Assembly (NCBI GenBank): GCA_963976865.1
Contig: CAXBLY010000002.1
Location: 22,917-86,916, forward strand
Source: an uncultured Gammaproteobacteria bacterium
GTDB lineage: Bacteria; Pseudomonadota; Gammaproteobacteria; UBA4575
DNA: 64,000 nt
Direction of reading: 5' to 3'
In this document: piece after piece, positions 19,067-29,713 of the stretch
How the letters are laid out: each line of letters starts with the position of its first letter
Numbering within the stretch: the first letter of the stretch is position 1
The notes under the pieces: model-generated
Database searches by the model: none
Seen by the model: only the letters and a program-made list of their open reading frames with translations
Told to the model about the DNA's origin: nothing
Made by a program: the position numbers and the translations under genes

Positions 19067-21181
19067 TCAGATTGAAGCCTGAATACACCGTAGTTGACCG
19101 TAATCGTATTCACCCTCCAGTGCTTCAAAAACAGGTTTCAGTCGCCCTTCGTTGTCAGTATTAGTTTCAATCAGGAATATGACTTCTTTATATTCCTGTT
19201 CGCTTATATCCAGGATCTGTTTCACATCCAGCAATCCCATCTCAATGGCTTCAGAGAAATGCGTGTAAATTGTAGAGACTTTTAATCCGCGCATTCGGCC
19301 AATGCTTTCAACATCATTACCCTGCTGGTGTAATGTCAGCGTTTCATTGACTGTGTCTGACAAATTGTTATCAAGTAGTTCAGGTAATGGGTACCTGGCT
19401 ATTTCCTCTAAAAACATGTCTCCATAGCGTGCCAGCTTTTGCACACCGACACCCATGATTTCGCTCATTTGTGCTTTAGTAACAGGTCTGACTCGAAGCA
19501 TCTCATGAAGTGTCGCATCATGAAAAATGACGTAGGGAGGCGTGCCTGCTTTTTCAGCCAGGCTTAAACGCAATGCTCTCAACGCCTCCCATAATGGCTC
19601 ATCCTGTGGACGAACCGATAGTTTACTTTTACTCGATGTACCGGTCTGAGCTTCTTTCCGGGTTTTTCGCAACTGTAAACTTTGCTCCCCCTTTAACACT
19701 GGACGACATTTCTCGGTTAATCTCAGTGCACCATGTCTCTCCATATCGATTTCAAGTAAACCTATTGCTATTAGCTGACGCATAATGACACGCCACTGTG
19801 CAACCGAAAATTCTTTGCCTATGCCAAAAGTGCTGATACGTTCATGTCCATTACGGGTAATTCTTTCGTCTTTTTTCCCTAGCAAAATGTCTACAATATA
19901 ATTGACGCCGAAGCGTTGTTCTGTTCGATATACACAGGATAATGCCATTTGAGCTGCCTTCGTCGCATCCCAGTTTTGTGGTGGATTAAGACAGTTATCA
20001 CAATTACCACAGGATAAATCTGAAATTTCATCGAAATACTCAAGTAACGCACTTCGCCGGCAAGTAATTAACTCACACAAGCCAAGCATGGCCTCCAACT
20101 TATTATGTTCAACTTGTTTATGAACCTCAGCGGCATTTGAATTTTGACTGAATTGCCTTAACGTAATGACATCCTGCAAGCCATAGGCCATCCAGGCATT
20201 GGCAGCCAGACCATCTCTTCCAGCTCTGCCCGTTTCCTGGTAATAAGCTTCGACACTTTTAGGTAGACTCAAATGCGCAACAAAACGTACGTCAGGTTTA
20301 TCTATACCCATGCCAAAAGCAATTGTTGCCACTATAATCATCCCTTCTTCGCGAAGAAAACGTCTTTGATTATTCTGACGTACATGCGCTGACAAACCTG
20401 CATGATACGGCAAAGCCACTCTACCCTGCTGACACAACCATTCCGCAATCGCCTCAACTTTTTTTCGCGAGAGGCAGTACACAATTCCTGCATCATTGGC
20501 ATGATTTGTCTGTAAAAAATTCCACAGGCGCTGTTTCGGGTTATTGCCATCAGTAATCGTATAACGGATATTCGGACGGTCAAAACTATCGATAAAAATA
20601 CTGGCATCGTGCAATTGCAACTGGGAAATTATTTCTTCACGCGTACGTTTATCCGCAGTGGCTGTCAGCGCAACTCTTGGGACGTTGGGGAATCGTTCGT
20701 GCAAATGCTTTAAGCGCTGATACTCTGGTCTAAAATCATGCCCCCACTGCGACACACAGTGAGCTTCATCAATTGCAAATAATGCTAACGTGGATTCGTC
20801 CAGCAAGCGCAGCACTCTTTCGGTAAGTAATCGCTCTGGCGCTATATATAAAATATCCAGTTGATTGTTGCGCAGTTTCTGCTCGACCTCCCGCGCTTCA
20901 TTTGCATCAAGACTGGAATTCAGAAATGCCGCGTTTACACCTAATAATTTTAGCGCATCCACCTGGTCCTGCATAAGTGCTATCAGTGGTGACACTACTA
21001 CGCCAACCCCTTCACGCACGATAGCGGGAATTTGATAACACAGGGATTTCCCACCTCCTGTGGGCATGAGTACTAGCGCATCTTTTCCATCCAGTATTTC
21101 ATTAACAATATTTTCCTGTGAGGGTCTGAACTGTTCAAAACCAAATATTGATTTTAAAATATGATTAGCACGCTGAAGCAA
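19067..21181 (-). CDS. recQ: ATP-dependent DNA helicase RecQ
   Basis: 704 aa with [21 protein letters not shown], Zn-binding Cys cluster (CRR...CGNCDNC) and an HRDC tail. Confidence 0.9.
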   Translation of the reverse strand: MLQRANHILKSIFGFEQFRPSQENIVNEILDGKDALVLMPTGGGKSLCYQIPAIVREGVGVVVSPLIALMQDQVDALKLLGVNAAFLNSSLDANEAREVEQKLRNNQLDILYIAPERLLTERVLRLLDESTLALFAIDEAHCVSQWGHDFRPEYQRLKHLHERFPNVPRVALTATADKRTREEIISQLQLHDASIFIDSFDRPNIRYTITDGNNPKQRLWNFLQTNHANDAGIVYCLSRKKVEAIAEWLCQQGRVALPYHAGLSAHVRQNNQRRFLREEGMIIVATIAFGMGIDKPDVRFVAHLSLPKSVEAYYQETGRAGRDGLAANAWMAYGLQDVITLRQFSQNSNAAEVHKQVEHNKLEAMLGLCELITCRRSALLEYFDEISDLSCGNCDNCLNPPQNWDATKAAQMALSCVYRTEQRFGVNYIVDILLGKKDERITRNGHERISTFGIGKEFSVAQWRVIMRQLIAIGLLEIDMERHGALRLTEKCRPVLKGEQSLQLRKTRKEAQTGTSSKSKLSVRPQDEPLWEALRALRLSLAEKAGTPPYVIFHDATLHEMLRVRPVTKAQMSEIMGVGVQKLARYGDMFLEEIARYPLPELLDNNLSDTVNETLTLHQQGNDVESIGRMRGLKVSTIYTHFSEAIEMGLLDVKQILDISEQEYKEVIFLIETNTDNEGRLKPVFEALEGEYDYGQLRCIQASI

Positions 21182-21263
21182 TTTGGCAGGTCTTTGATTA
21201 CTGAGAAGATCAGGTATTATGACCTATATCTAAAATAATGAAATATATCAGGCTTATATAAAA

Positions 21264-21653
21264 ATGGATCAATGCATTTTCTGTGGAAAACAAACGTTAT
21301 TACATGAAACCGATTTAACTTATGTCACATACGACACTTATCCTGCCTCACCTGGACACGCTTTGATCATAACCAAACGACATGTGCCAAATTACTTTGA
21401 CTGTTCTCGTGAAGAAGTGATCGAACTGTGGCAATCGGTTGAAGTCGCCAAACAACTCATTGAAAAGGAATATTCACCAGACTCATATAATGTCGGCATT
21501 AATGTTGGTTCAGTCGCAGGACAGTCGGTTCCACATATACATATCCACTTGATACCCAGATACAAAGGTGATGTGGAAGATCCCAGAGGGGGCGTACGTA
21601 GTGTTATTCCCCACAAGCGCAAATACACCAGACGCCAGGATGCGAACAACTAA
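21264..21653 (+). CDS. HIT-family (histidine triad) nucleotide hydrolase
   Basis: 129 aa, CIFC zinc motif near the N-terminus and HIHIHLIP histidine triad. Confidence 0.85.
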   Translation: MDQCIFCGKQTLLHETDLTYVTYDTYPASPGHALIITKRHVPNYFDCSREEVIELWQSVEVAKQLIEKEYSPDSYNVGINVGSVAGQSVPHIHIHLIPRYKGDVEDPRGGVRSVIPHKRKYTRRQDANN

Positions 21654-21840
21654 GCCCAGGAGCATGTCCGGATTACAATCCGGCGTCTATTATTAAATTC
21701 ATGAATCAAAATTTATTCGGCGTCGGCATTCATACTATTCTTTATAGCCGATATGCTCTCTATGATATATTCAGATATTAACAATATTGGGGCATCACCC
21801 ATAACCATAATAAAACATTATTGCGCGAGGAATATTAACA

Positions 21841-22407
21841 ATGAAGACAATGAGTTACTTAATGATATTAATGTCATTTGTTATTGTATTTTCGGGGTCA
21901 AACGCAGTCTCTGCAGACAAATCCCTGTATGAACGAATCGGTGGCGAAAAGAAAGCCAGAGAAATCGTCAGTGATATCTGGGATAACCACAGCAAGAACC
22001 CGATCGTCAAAGATCGCTTTTCCAAGAGCAACCCTGAATATGTAAAGCAGAGAGTATTTGAGATATTTGCCGCCGCCACAGGTGCGACTGATGTCAGCTA
22101 CAACGGATTAGATATGAAAGCTGCCCATACCGGCATGAACATTAGCGAAATGGAATTTAATGCCGTGGTGGATGATGTACTCGCAGCGTGCGCGTCAAAC
22201 GGTGTGCAACAACAGGAGCTCAATGAAGTGCTGGCAATTTTGTGGTCAGTAAGGAAGGATATTGTGAACTCGAACATTCTCACTGACAGCCTGATCAGCT
22301 CAACATCCAGCAGTCAGCCTCAGCAGGCTCACAAACAGGAATCAGCCAGTTCAGGCAGTAAAGCAGAACGAGATGCGCATTACTGCCTAAAAAGTCACGA
22401 ATGCTAG
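21841..22407 (+). CDS. Group-I truncated haemoglobin (trHbN-like) with a Sec signal peptide and a Ser-rich C-terminal tail
   Basis: 188 aa. MKTMSYLMILMSFVIVFSGSNAVSA is a signal peptide. LYERIGGEKKAREIVSDIW...MKAAHTGMNISEMEFNAVVDDVL is trHb-like with a proximal His. The tail SSTSSSQPQQAHKQESASSGSKAERDAHYCLKSHEC is low-complexity with two Cys. Confidence 0.65.
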   Translation: MKTMSYLMILMSFVIVFSGSNAVSADKSLYERIGGEKKAREIVSDIWDNHSKNPIVKDRFSKSNPEYVKQRVFEIFAAATGATDVSYNGLDMKAAHTGMNISEMEFNAVVDDVLAACASNGVQQQELNEVLAILWSVRKDIVNSNILTDSLISSTSSSQPQQAHKQESASSGSKAERDAHYCLKSHEC

Positions 22408-22431
22408 TTTTGTTTTAATCTAACATTATTC

Positions 22432-22477
22432 AGAGTTAGACGCTTTTAGCTGTGTGCGTCTAACTCTTTCTCTTTTG
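22432..22477 (+). terminator. Rho-independent terminator after the truncated-haemoglobin gene
   Basis: AGAGTTAGACGC-ttttagctgtgt-GCGTCTAACTCT, a 12-bp perfect stem, followed by TTCTCTTTT. Confidence 0.7.
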
Positions 22478-22554
22478 ACAAAATCCAGTATCGGCACACC
22501 AGAAGTAACAGGCATCTGAATAAAAACCTGTCGTCACGACAGGAGCGTCACACA

Positions 22555-22974
22555 CTAGATTCGCTTAGCGTTGATCATGGATAGCCATAAATTTTTATCC
22601 GTACCATTCAGTCTCTCGTGTATGTTATTGGTGATTGAAGGATACATGGCCAGAATATCTTTACACACTTTTTTGCCTGAATTAGTCACAACCAGTTCAA
22701 CGGTTCTTCTGTCATCTCGCTGATAGTCTCGGTTGAGCAATTTCAGCTTTGTCAATTTATCGACATGACGTGTGACAGAGGCACGTTGTATATTTAAATA
22801 GGCAGCAACTTCTGAAGGCTTGCCTGCGTATTCCAGATAAAGCGTCTTCAGCACTAACCATTCGTTAATATTCAGCTTCAGCTTCCTCAAGGGAACTCTC
22901 AGTTGTTCTTCAGCTTCATATAATATATTCATGCCAACGATAACAGCACTTACATCCTTATTACTCATATGCAT
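22555..22974 (-). CDS. MarR-family transcriptional regulator
   Basis: 139 aa, wHTH region LNIQRASVTRHVDKLTKLKLLNRDYQRDDRR, typical MarR. Confidence 0.75.
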   Translation of the reverse strand: MHMSNKDVSAVIVGMNILYEAEEQLRVPLRKLKLNINEWLVLKTLYLEYAGKPSEVAAYLNIQRASVTRHVDKLTKLKLLNRDYQRDDRRTVELVVTNSGKKVCKDILAMYPSITNNIHERLNGTDKNLWLSMINAKRI

Positions 22975-23249
22975 ACTCCTTAATTCAGTTGCACAATTAA
23001 ACTATCAATATTAATCGTCAAAATCACATATAAATCAATGTGGTTGTACAGTACATCATTGTCCAACGCTTCATATAAGAGGCTATAAAAATGAATTATT
23101 CTCATTTAGAGACATTGTCATAATTGATAGTACAGTACCTGAATTATCTCAAAATATTCACTTACTATAATAGTGTTAAGCTTCATGTAACGTGTTACAT
23201 GCTCTCTAGCCTTTAATGAAAAAAACCTACTAAGGTAAGGTAGTGTTCT

Positions 23250-24881
23250 ATGAATAGTGATGACCGCAAGTTGCAGTTGCCAAATCCACAGGAAGCATTA
23301 AATGAATGCACCAACATTCTGGCGACTGAAGAATTCAAGCGTTCACCGAAAATGTCTTCATTACTTTATTATCTGGTCAACGAAACTCTCGAGGGTCGAT
23401 CTCACTATCTTAAGGCTTACACGATTGCTACCAGTTTGTTCGACAAGGATGAATCCTTCGATCCACAGACAGACCCCTTGATACGTGTTAGTGCAGTTCG
23501 CCTGCGCAGGATGATTCAGCATTATTATCATTCTCAAAAACAACCTGGCCCAGTCAGAATTGAACTAAACAAAGGCAGTTATATTCCTGCATTTTATTAC
23601 ACGGGGAACAAGCAAACCCATCCGGAAAATGAAACACTGCAACACGATAATACCCCACCAATTGAATGCACTTTCCCAAGTCTGGCAGTCTTATACTTCA
23701 AAAATCTGAGCCCTGATCCAGCACATGGCTACATCGCAGATGGATTCACTCAGGAATTACTGACAGAAATATTAAAAGTTAAGTCAATTACGGTTGTCTC
23801 ATATAACGCATTTAATGCCAACGAAAAGCATCATGCCCACCCGAATTACATACCTGAAGTCACCGATGTGCGTTACGTGTTGAGTGGATCACTTCAGGTA
23901 ACCGATCAATCCCTGAGACTTTATGTTCAGCTGGATGATACAAACACTCGTTCAATAATATGGTCAAAGCGTTGCGAGATTGATTTCAAAGTTGATGATT
24001 TTATTTCTGCACAGAGGGAGATTGCCGATCAAGTCGCAAATTATATTGCCCGTCCTTACGGCGCTATCACTCAAAATGAGTTGCGCAATATCCAGCGAAA
24101 AACCACAAAAGACTACAATGCCTACGAACTGCATTTACATTATTATCAGTGGTTAAAAACATTCTCACCGAAAGATCATTCAAAAGCTTACCATTCACTC
24201 AAAGAGTCTTTAAAAATTGACCCTGAATTTTCTGACGCCTGGGCTTCTCTTTCGATAATTTATGTCAACGACTATATATTTTCATATGGCACCGTCACTA
24301 CTGATGAAAGTTTGCTTGATCTCGCCAACCATGCCGCTATTAAGGCAATCAAATCGAACCCTGAAAACCCTCGCGCCAACTATGTGTTGCTATATGGAAA
24401 AATCGCTAAAGACGGAATTAACACTTACCCGGAAGAAGTTGATCTGATTTATCAACACAACAAAAATAATTCACTCATCATTGCAGACATAGGGTTAAGA
24501 CTCGCTATCAGTGGCGACTGGGAACGTGGACTCGAAATAATAGAAGCAGCCATGGTACTAAACCCAGCTCATCCTGATTACTATTATTACCCATTCGTTA
24601 TTAATCATTTCAGGCTTAAAGAATACAAAGAAGCTTTACGCTACGCCAAAATGATTGATATGTCAGAGTTTTATTGGACGCATATCCACTATGCGGCAAT
24701 ATTCTCGGAAACAGGAGACATAGCTAAAGCGAAAGATCACACTCGGATCTTGAAGAAACTATACCCAAATATAGAAAATGAATTTGTAACAGAATTTAAT
24801 AAATGGCACCCCGAGAAAACTCTGGTAGATAAATATATCTCGGCCCTGCAGTTAACAGGATTACAAATACAATCAATCTGA
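23250..24881 (+). CDS. Soluble CadC-like transcriptional regulator: winged-helix (trans_reg_C) DNA-binding domain, TolB-N-like segment and C-terminal TPR region
   Basis: 543 aa with wing/recognition-helix-like IRVSAVRLRRMIQHYY. SLAVLYFKNLSPDPAHGYIADGFTQELLTEILKV matches the conserved TolB-N-like block of CadC-family TPR regulators. The rest is TPR-like. Confidence 0.6.
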   Translation: MNSDDRKLQLPNPQEALNECTNILATEEFKRSPKMSSLLYYLVNETLEGRSHYLKAYTIATSLFDKDESFDPQTDPLIRVSAVRLRRMIQHYYHSQKQPGPVRIELNKGSYIPAFYYTGNKQTHPENETLQHDNTPPIECTFPSLAVLYFKNLSPDPAHGYIADGFTQELLTEILKVKSITVVSYNAFNANEKHHAHPNYIPEVTDVRYVLSGSLQVTDQSLRLYVQLDDTNTRSIIWSKRCEIDFKVDDFISAQREIADQVANYIARPYGAITQNELRNIQRKTTKDYNAYELHLHYYQWLKTFSPKDHSKAYHSLKESLKIDPEFSDAWASLSIIYVNDYIFSYGTVTTDESLLDLANHAAIKAIKSNPENPRANYVLLYGKIAKDGINTYPEEVDLIYQHNKNNSLIIADIGLRLAISGDWERGLEIIEAAMVLNPAHPDYYYYPFVINHFRLKEYKEALRYAKMIDMSEFYWTHIHYAAIFSETGDIAKAKDHTRILKKLYPNIENEFVTEFNKWHPEKTLVDKYISALQLTGLQIQSI

Positions 24882-24885
24882 TACT

Positions 24886-24918
24886 GAAAAAGCTATCAGG
24901 GCTAGTGATAGCTTTGGA
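24886..24918. terminator. Hairpin between convergent genes, probably a bidirectional terminator
   Basis: AAAGCTATCA-gggctag-TGATAGCTTT, flanked by AAAAA upstream (read on the minus strand it becomes hairpin plus UUUUU) and TTT downstream. Confidence 0.5.
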
Positions 24919-24945
24919 ATTCAACCAGATATAGATTCTATTCAG

Positions 24946-25494
24946 TTACTTAACCTGAGCTTCAATTTCATTTTTAGCAATTGCGATATTATCTTTTATT
25001 TGTCGCTCAACAAATCCGACGATAATAGAGTCGTACTTTTCTGCTGTTCTCTTTGAGGCTTCCTGACCAACTCTGCGATTGAACTCAAGTGCTTTCACCC
25101 CCAGAGGTGATTCGTAGAATTTAATTAATCCCTGAACATCCGCATGTGAATATGTTTCTTTATACAGAGGCATGTAGATTTCATTAGTGACTTTGTCGTA
25201 AGGCATGGATTTCTTGATATGCTCTTCGTAATTTTTCACCATGGTCGCAAATCTGGCTTTCAGTATTTCTCCTGCCTGCTTTTTTTGAGCTTCGCTAAAA
25301 CTGGAACCATCAATATTCTGGTCAGCAGCTCTAAGGAATCCCGTCTGCATCTGCCCGATCACTTGAGAATTAAGACCAATGTAGTTATTTACAACACCCG
25401 TTATTTCAAATAATTTTTTCAGATCATCATTATACGAACCTGCATTTGCGACAGAAGATAATGCGAATAATGCTAAAAAACCGAATATTTTCAT
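24946..25494 (-). CDS. Secreted DUF2059-like protein
   Basis: 182 aa, signal peptide MKIFGFLALFALSSVANA, helical Lys/Glu-rich body. Family assignment from memory only. Confidence 0.45.
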   Translation of the reverse strand: MKIFGFLALFALSSVANAGSYNDDLKKLFEITGVVNNYIGLNSQVIGQMQTGFLRAADQNIDGSSFSEAQKKQAGEILKARFATMVKNYEEHIKKSMPYDKVTNEIYMPLYKETYSHADVQGLIKFYESPLGVKALEFNRRVGQEASKRTAEKYDSIIVGFVERQIKDNIAIAKNEIEAQVK

Positions 25495-25930
25495 AGAGAT
25501 AGAGTCCTAAATTATTTATATATCAAATCATTATTAATGCTTTGTCGCATTGTAATACAACTGGGCAATATCGTCCGACTATTTCTGATTTGACACGATT
25601 ACTAATCAACCTACCTTATTATTTCTAGTGGATTTAGTACCCAGTAAACAGGGGGTATTAATATGATATACAAACCGACTGCCGTTTTATGATCTCTGCA
25701 AAACTACTTTATGTCTGGCTTACCCAAACCTGCATTCATTAATCAAGCCACCAAACAGTATTATCAATGTTCGCAACAGAAGGTTTTAAAGAAAACTACA
25801 TAACTTTCTGTAAATTTGTATCCATTAGATGTTATAGCGACAAAATTTCTTCAAGTGTTATTATCGCTCCTGAAAATTTACCGGATTCTCAATCTCTTCA
25901 CTTCATAACATAGCAGTTAACATTAAATAA

Positions 25931-28744
25931 ATGGAATTTATCGCAGGACAACGCTGGATTAGCCATTCTGAAACACAATTGGGCCTCGGAATTGTCACTG
26001 AGATTGCCAGTCGGCGGGTAAAAATTTTATTCCCGGCAGTCAGTGAGAGCCGTATATACGCCATAGATAATGCTCCATTGAGCAGGATTCGTTACAATCC
26101 GGGCGATACAATCGTTGATAGCGATGAGCTCTCCATACTTATATCCAGCATCAAGGAAGACGAAGGTTTAATCACTTATTGCGGAAAAACAGCAACGAGT
26201 GACTATAAAGAGATTCACGAGCTGGACTTGAGCGCCTTTGTACAGTTTACAACCCCACAGCAACGCCTTTTTAGCGGGCAACTGGATAAGAATAAAAATT
26301 TCACTCTGCGAGTGGAAACATTACAACACTTACATCGATTGCAACAATCGCCCGTCAAAGGACTTTTGGGTTCACGAACTAATTTATTACCACATCAAAT
26401 ATTCATTGCCAGCAATGTGGCAAACAGGCACGCACCCCGAGTGCTACTGGCAGACGAAGTGGGTCTTGGAAAAACGATAGAAGCCGGCATGATATTGCAT
26501 CATCAGTTACATACCGGTAAATCATCACGCATATTGATACTAGTCCCGGACAGTCTTGTTCATCAATGGCTAGTCGAGATGTTACGTCGATTCAACATCA
26601 GATTTTCAATTTTTGATCAGGAACGAATTGATGCATTACTGGATGAAGGGCATTCAAACCCATTTGATTCCGAGCAAAAAATACTTTGTCCACTAAGCCT
26701 GGTTAGCGATGATTCACAAGTTCTGCAATATGTTTTATCTACCGAATGGGACACTGTTGTTGTCGACGAAGCACATCATTTAAGCTGGAGTGAACAGCAC
26801 GTCAGCACCGAATACCAGTGTGTCGAACAACTTTCCAGTCAATGTGAAAGTCTATTACTGCTAACAGCAACACCTGAGCAGGTTGGCCTGGACAGTCATT
26901 TTGCCAGATTAAGATTACTGGACCCTGCCAGATTTCATGACTTGGCAGCATTTCAGAAAGAACAATCAGGACACAGCCAGCTCAATACGCTAATTCAGCA
27001 GCTATTAAAAAATGAGAAGCTAGATCAGGCACAACAGCAACAGCTTGAACATTATTTAGGCGAGTCATGCAGCGACCAGACTGATAAAAACATTGCCATG
27101 TTGCTGGATAGGCATGGAACTGGTCGAGTATTGTTTAGAAATTCACGCACCGCAGTACAAGGTTTCCCAAACAGAGTAGCTACTCCCTACCCCCTTGAGC
27201 TTCCTGAAAACTACATAATAGATGCTTCTAAAATTTATCCGGAAACAGAATTTAATGACGATTCATGGCTGGAACTGGACCCACGTGTTTCATGGCTAAT
27301 AGAGAAGTCAAAATCACTAAAACCAAACAAAGTACTTGTCATCTGCCATCATGCAGAGACAGCTATCCAGCTGGATAATTATTTGAATCTAAGGATGGGA
27401 ATAAGAAGCACCTCATTCCATGAAGATCTGAGTATTATTGAAAGAGATCGTGCTGCAGCCTATTTTGCAGAAGGTTCCAATCCTGATGAGCTTGATACTG
27501 GCGATGGCGCACAAGTATTGATATGTTCAGAAATTGGCAGTGAAGGACGAAATTTTCAGTTCTCTCATCATTTAATATTATTTGATCTGCCTTTTAATCC
27601 AGATCTACTAGAGCAGCGTATCGGAAGACTTGACCGAATTGGTCAAAACCACGACATTCAAGTGCATATACCTTATATAAAGAATACTGCTCAGGAAGTA
27701 TTATTCAGATGGATACATGAAGGCATACAACTTTTTACACAAAGCTGCTCTGCTGGCTATGAAATTTACAATAACTTCTCATCCCAGTTAATTGAGTTGA
27801 TTGAATCAAAAAACTATAGCAACTCAGATGCGCTCGACGCATTAATAAAAGAGACTATTTCATTCACAAGCAAGACGATGCAAAGTTTACATGAAGGTCG
27901 CGACAGATTACTGGAGCTGAATTCATGCAATAAACCCCAAGCTCAGGCATTAATAGAAAGAATCAAACAGGAAGATCAATATGAGTTGTTAAGTGACTAT
28001 ATGGATAAAGTATTTGACCAATTTGGTGTCGACACAGAATTCCACTCTGAACACAGTTATATTTTACGACCAGGCGATCACATGCACGCAAACTTCCCAG
28101 GATTAAATGAAGAAGGTAACACGATTACATTTAATCGTGAAAAAGCACTAAGGCGGGAAGATATGGAGTTTCTAAGTTGGGAGCACCCCATGATAACGGA
28201 AAGTATGGAGATGATTCAGAATAGCGAATTTGGAAATACCGCGCTTGCACTTATCAGCCTGGAAAGCCTGCCCAAGGGAACGCTGTTTATAGAAACATGG
28301 TATGCGATCAATATTATTGCCAATAAAAGTTTACAGCTTGAACGCTACCTGCCTTTGCACCCTACCCGTTTTCTCATCGATAACAACAAAAAAGATTTCA
28401 GCCAGCTGTTGCCTTTCGAAAAATTAAACCCACTATGTAATTCCATTCCGAAAAAAACTGCTTTATCCATTGCAGAAAAGACGAGAGCAATTACTCAGGA
28501 GGTTTTAATACATTCTCAAAAACTGGCAGATGATAAAATCGTCGAAATAAAAAATTCTGCACAAAAAAGGATGGTAAACGATTTATCATCAGAACTTAAT
28601 CGCTTGAAAGCCTTGCAGAAAGTTAATTCCACTATACGCGATGACGAAATAGACTATTTAGAGCACCGCATCCAATTATCTGAACAACAAATTGAGCGTG
28701 CCAGATTCCAGCTCCAGGGTATTCGTTTAATTATCAATAGTTAA
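25931..28744 (+). CDS. rapA: RNA polymerase-associated SWI2/SNF2 ATPase RapA (HepA)
   Basis: 937 aa. The N-terminus MEFIAGQRWISHSETQLGLGIV is RapA-like. SNF2 motifs LLADEVGLGKTIEAG and DEAHHL and a helicase C-terminal domain are present. Confidence 0.9.
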   Translation: MEFIAGQRWISHSETQLGLGIVTEIASRRVKILFPAVSESRIYAIDNAPLSRIRYNPGDTIVDSDELSILISSIKEDEGLITYCGKTATSDYKEIHELDLSAFVQFTTPQQRLFSGQLDKNKNFTLRVETLQHLHRLQQSPVKGLLGSRTNLLPHQIFIASNVANRHAPRVLLADEVGLGKTIEAGMILHHQLHTGKSSRILILVPDSLVHQWLVEMLRRFNIRFSIFDQERIDALLDEGHSNPFDSEQKILCPLSLVSDDSQVLQYVLSTEWDTVVVDEAHHLSWSEQHVSTEYQCVEQLSSQCESLLLLTATPEQVGLDSHFARLRLLDPARFHDLAAFQKEQSGHSQLNTLIQQLLKNEKLDQAQQQQLEHYLGESCSDQTDKNIAMLLDRHGTGRVLFRNSRTAVQGFPNRVATPYPLELPENYIIDASKIYPETEFNDDSWLELDPRVSWLIEKSKSLKPNKVLVICHHAETAIQLDNYLNLRMGIRSTSFHEDLSIIERDRAAAYFAEGSNPDELDTGDGAQVLICSEIGSEGRNFQFSHHLILFDLPFNPDLLEQRIGRLDRIGQNHDIQVHIPYIKNTAQEVLFRWIHEGIQLFTQSCSAGYEIYNNFSSQLIELIESKNYSNSDALDALIKETISFTSKTMQSLHEGRDRLLELNSCNKPQAQALIERIKQEDQYELLSDYMDKVFDQFGVDTEFHSEHSYILRPGDHMHANFPGLNEEGNTITFNREKALRREDMEFLSWEHPMITESMEMIQNSEFGNTALALISLESLPKGTLFIETWYAINIIANKSLQLERYLPLHPTRFLIDNNKKDFSQLLPFEKLNPLCNSIPKKTALSIAEKTRAITQEVLIHSQKLADDKIVEIKNSAQKRMVNDLSSELNRLKALQKVNSTIRDDEIDYLEHRIQLSEQQIERARFQLQGIRLIINS

Positions 28745-28976
28745 ATAGCCCAATTTCATCCCGTCGGGGTATGCGAATAACGCTCTCAACTCTGACAATG
28801 TACTGCATTTATTCAACTATTCATAATATATACTACATTAGATAGCTCAAGTAACTTATTGAATTATATGGCCAATAAACTGCATTCCCTTTGCATAAAT
28901 AAGTTTTATTTGATTAAGAATGTAATTACATTAGTATATACTAATATTTTTACTAACCAAACCTTAGGGAACTACA

Positions 28977-29582
28977 ATGAAGAAGTCTATAATTTCACTC
29001 TCAAGCCTTATTGGCATTATATCAGTCAGTGCAGCTATCGTATTTAGCAATGTATCAGCTGAAGAAGAAGTAACTAAGCCTGAAACACAACAGAGTTCAA
29101 ATGACTGCCAAATGCCTGCTGCATTCATGAATGCAGAAAACATGGCTAATGCGGTTGCTGACCCTGCCAAATTCATGGAGCTAGTTACTTTGATGAGTAA
29201 CCCACAAGCAGCACAATCCATGATGAATTGTTCAACTGAAACTGAGCAATGGGCAGAATGGAGCAAAAACCTGAGCAATCCTACGTTTAAAATGAATGCT
29301 GCAGCAGTATTTATGAATCCTCAGGTTTACATGAACTGGATGACTGCGATGATGAATCCTCAGACATTCCAGACAACTATGAATACATTCATGAACCCTG
29401 CTCTTTACATGCAATGGATGACAGCTATGTCAAACCCTGCATACTATCAGCCAATGAACAAAATGATGGACCCAGCATGGCAACAGGAAAGCACAGCATG
29501 GATGATGAATCCTGCAAGCTACCAGCAGATGTTCAGTGCTTTTACAACTAGCCCAGCTGTAGCGGAAGTTGCAGTCAACTAA
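28977..29582 (+). CDS. Secreted Met/Asn/Pro/Gln-rich repeat protein (hypothetical)
   Basis: 201 aa, signal peptide ending SNVSA. Iterated units are FMNPQVYMNWMTAMMNP / FMNPALYMQWMTAMSNP / MMNPASYQQMF. The protein is about 15% Met, with no His and few Cys. Confidence 0.6.
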   Translation: MKKSIISLSSLIGIISVSAAIVFSNVSAEEEVTKPETQQSSNDCQMPAAFMNAENMANAVADPAKFMELVTLMSNPQAAQSMMNCSTETEQWAEWSKNLSNPTFKMNAAAVFMNPQVYMNWMTAMMNPQTFQTTMNTFMNPALYMQWMTAMSNPAYYQPMNKMMDPAWQQESTAWMMNPASYQQMFSAFTTSPAVAEVAVN

Positions 29583-29662
29583 GTAGAGATCAGAAATTGC
29601 AGGAAGCAAAAGTAATGTATCTGACTCCCTGGATCTAGAGTAGTAGAAACATTATAGACTCG

Positions 29663-29700
29663 AAAAAGCCTCAATCATTAGATTGGGGCTTTTTTATTTG
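29663..29700. terminator. Bidirectional rho-independent terminator between convergent genes
   Basis: AAAAAGCCTCAATC-atta-GATTGGGGCTTTTTT, a 10-bp stem with an A-run 5' and a T-run 3'. Confidence 0.75.
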
Positions 29701-29713
29701 AAAGATATTAAAA

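Noticed and set aside
28745-28800. Possible terminator after rapA (CCCGTCGGGG)
   Set aside because: Stem of only 4 bp with a 1-nt loop and no U-tract. Not convincing.
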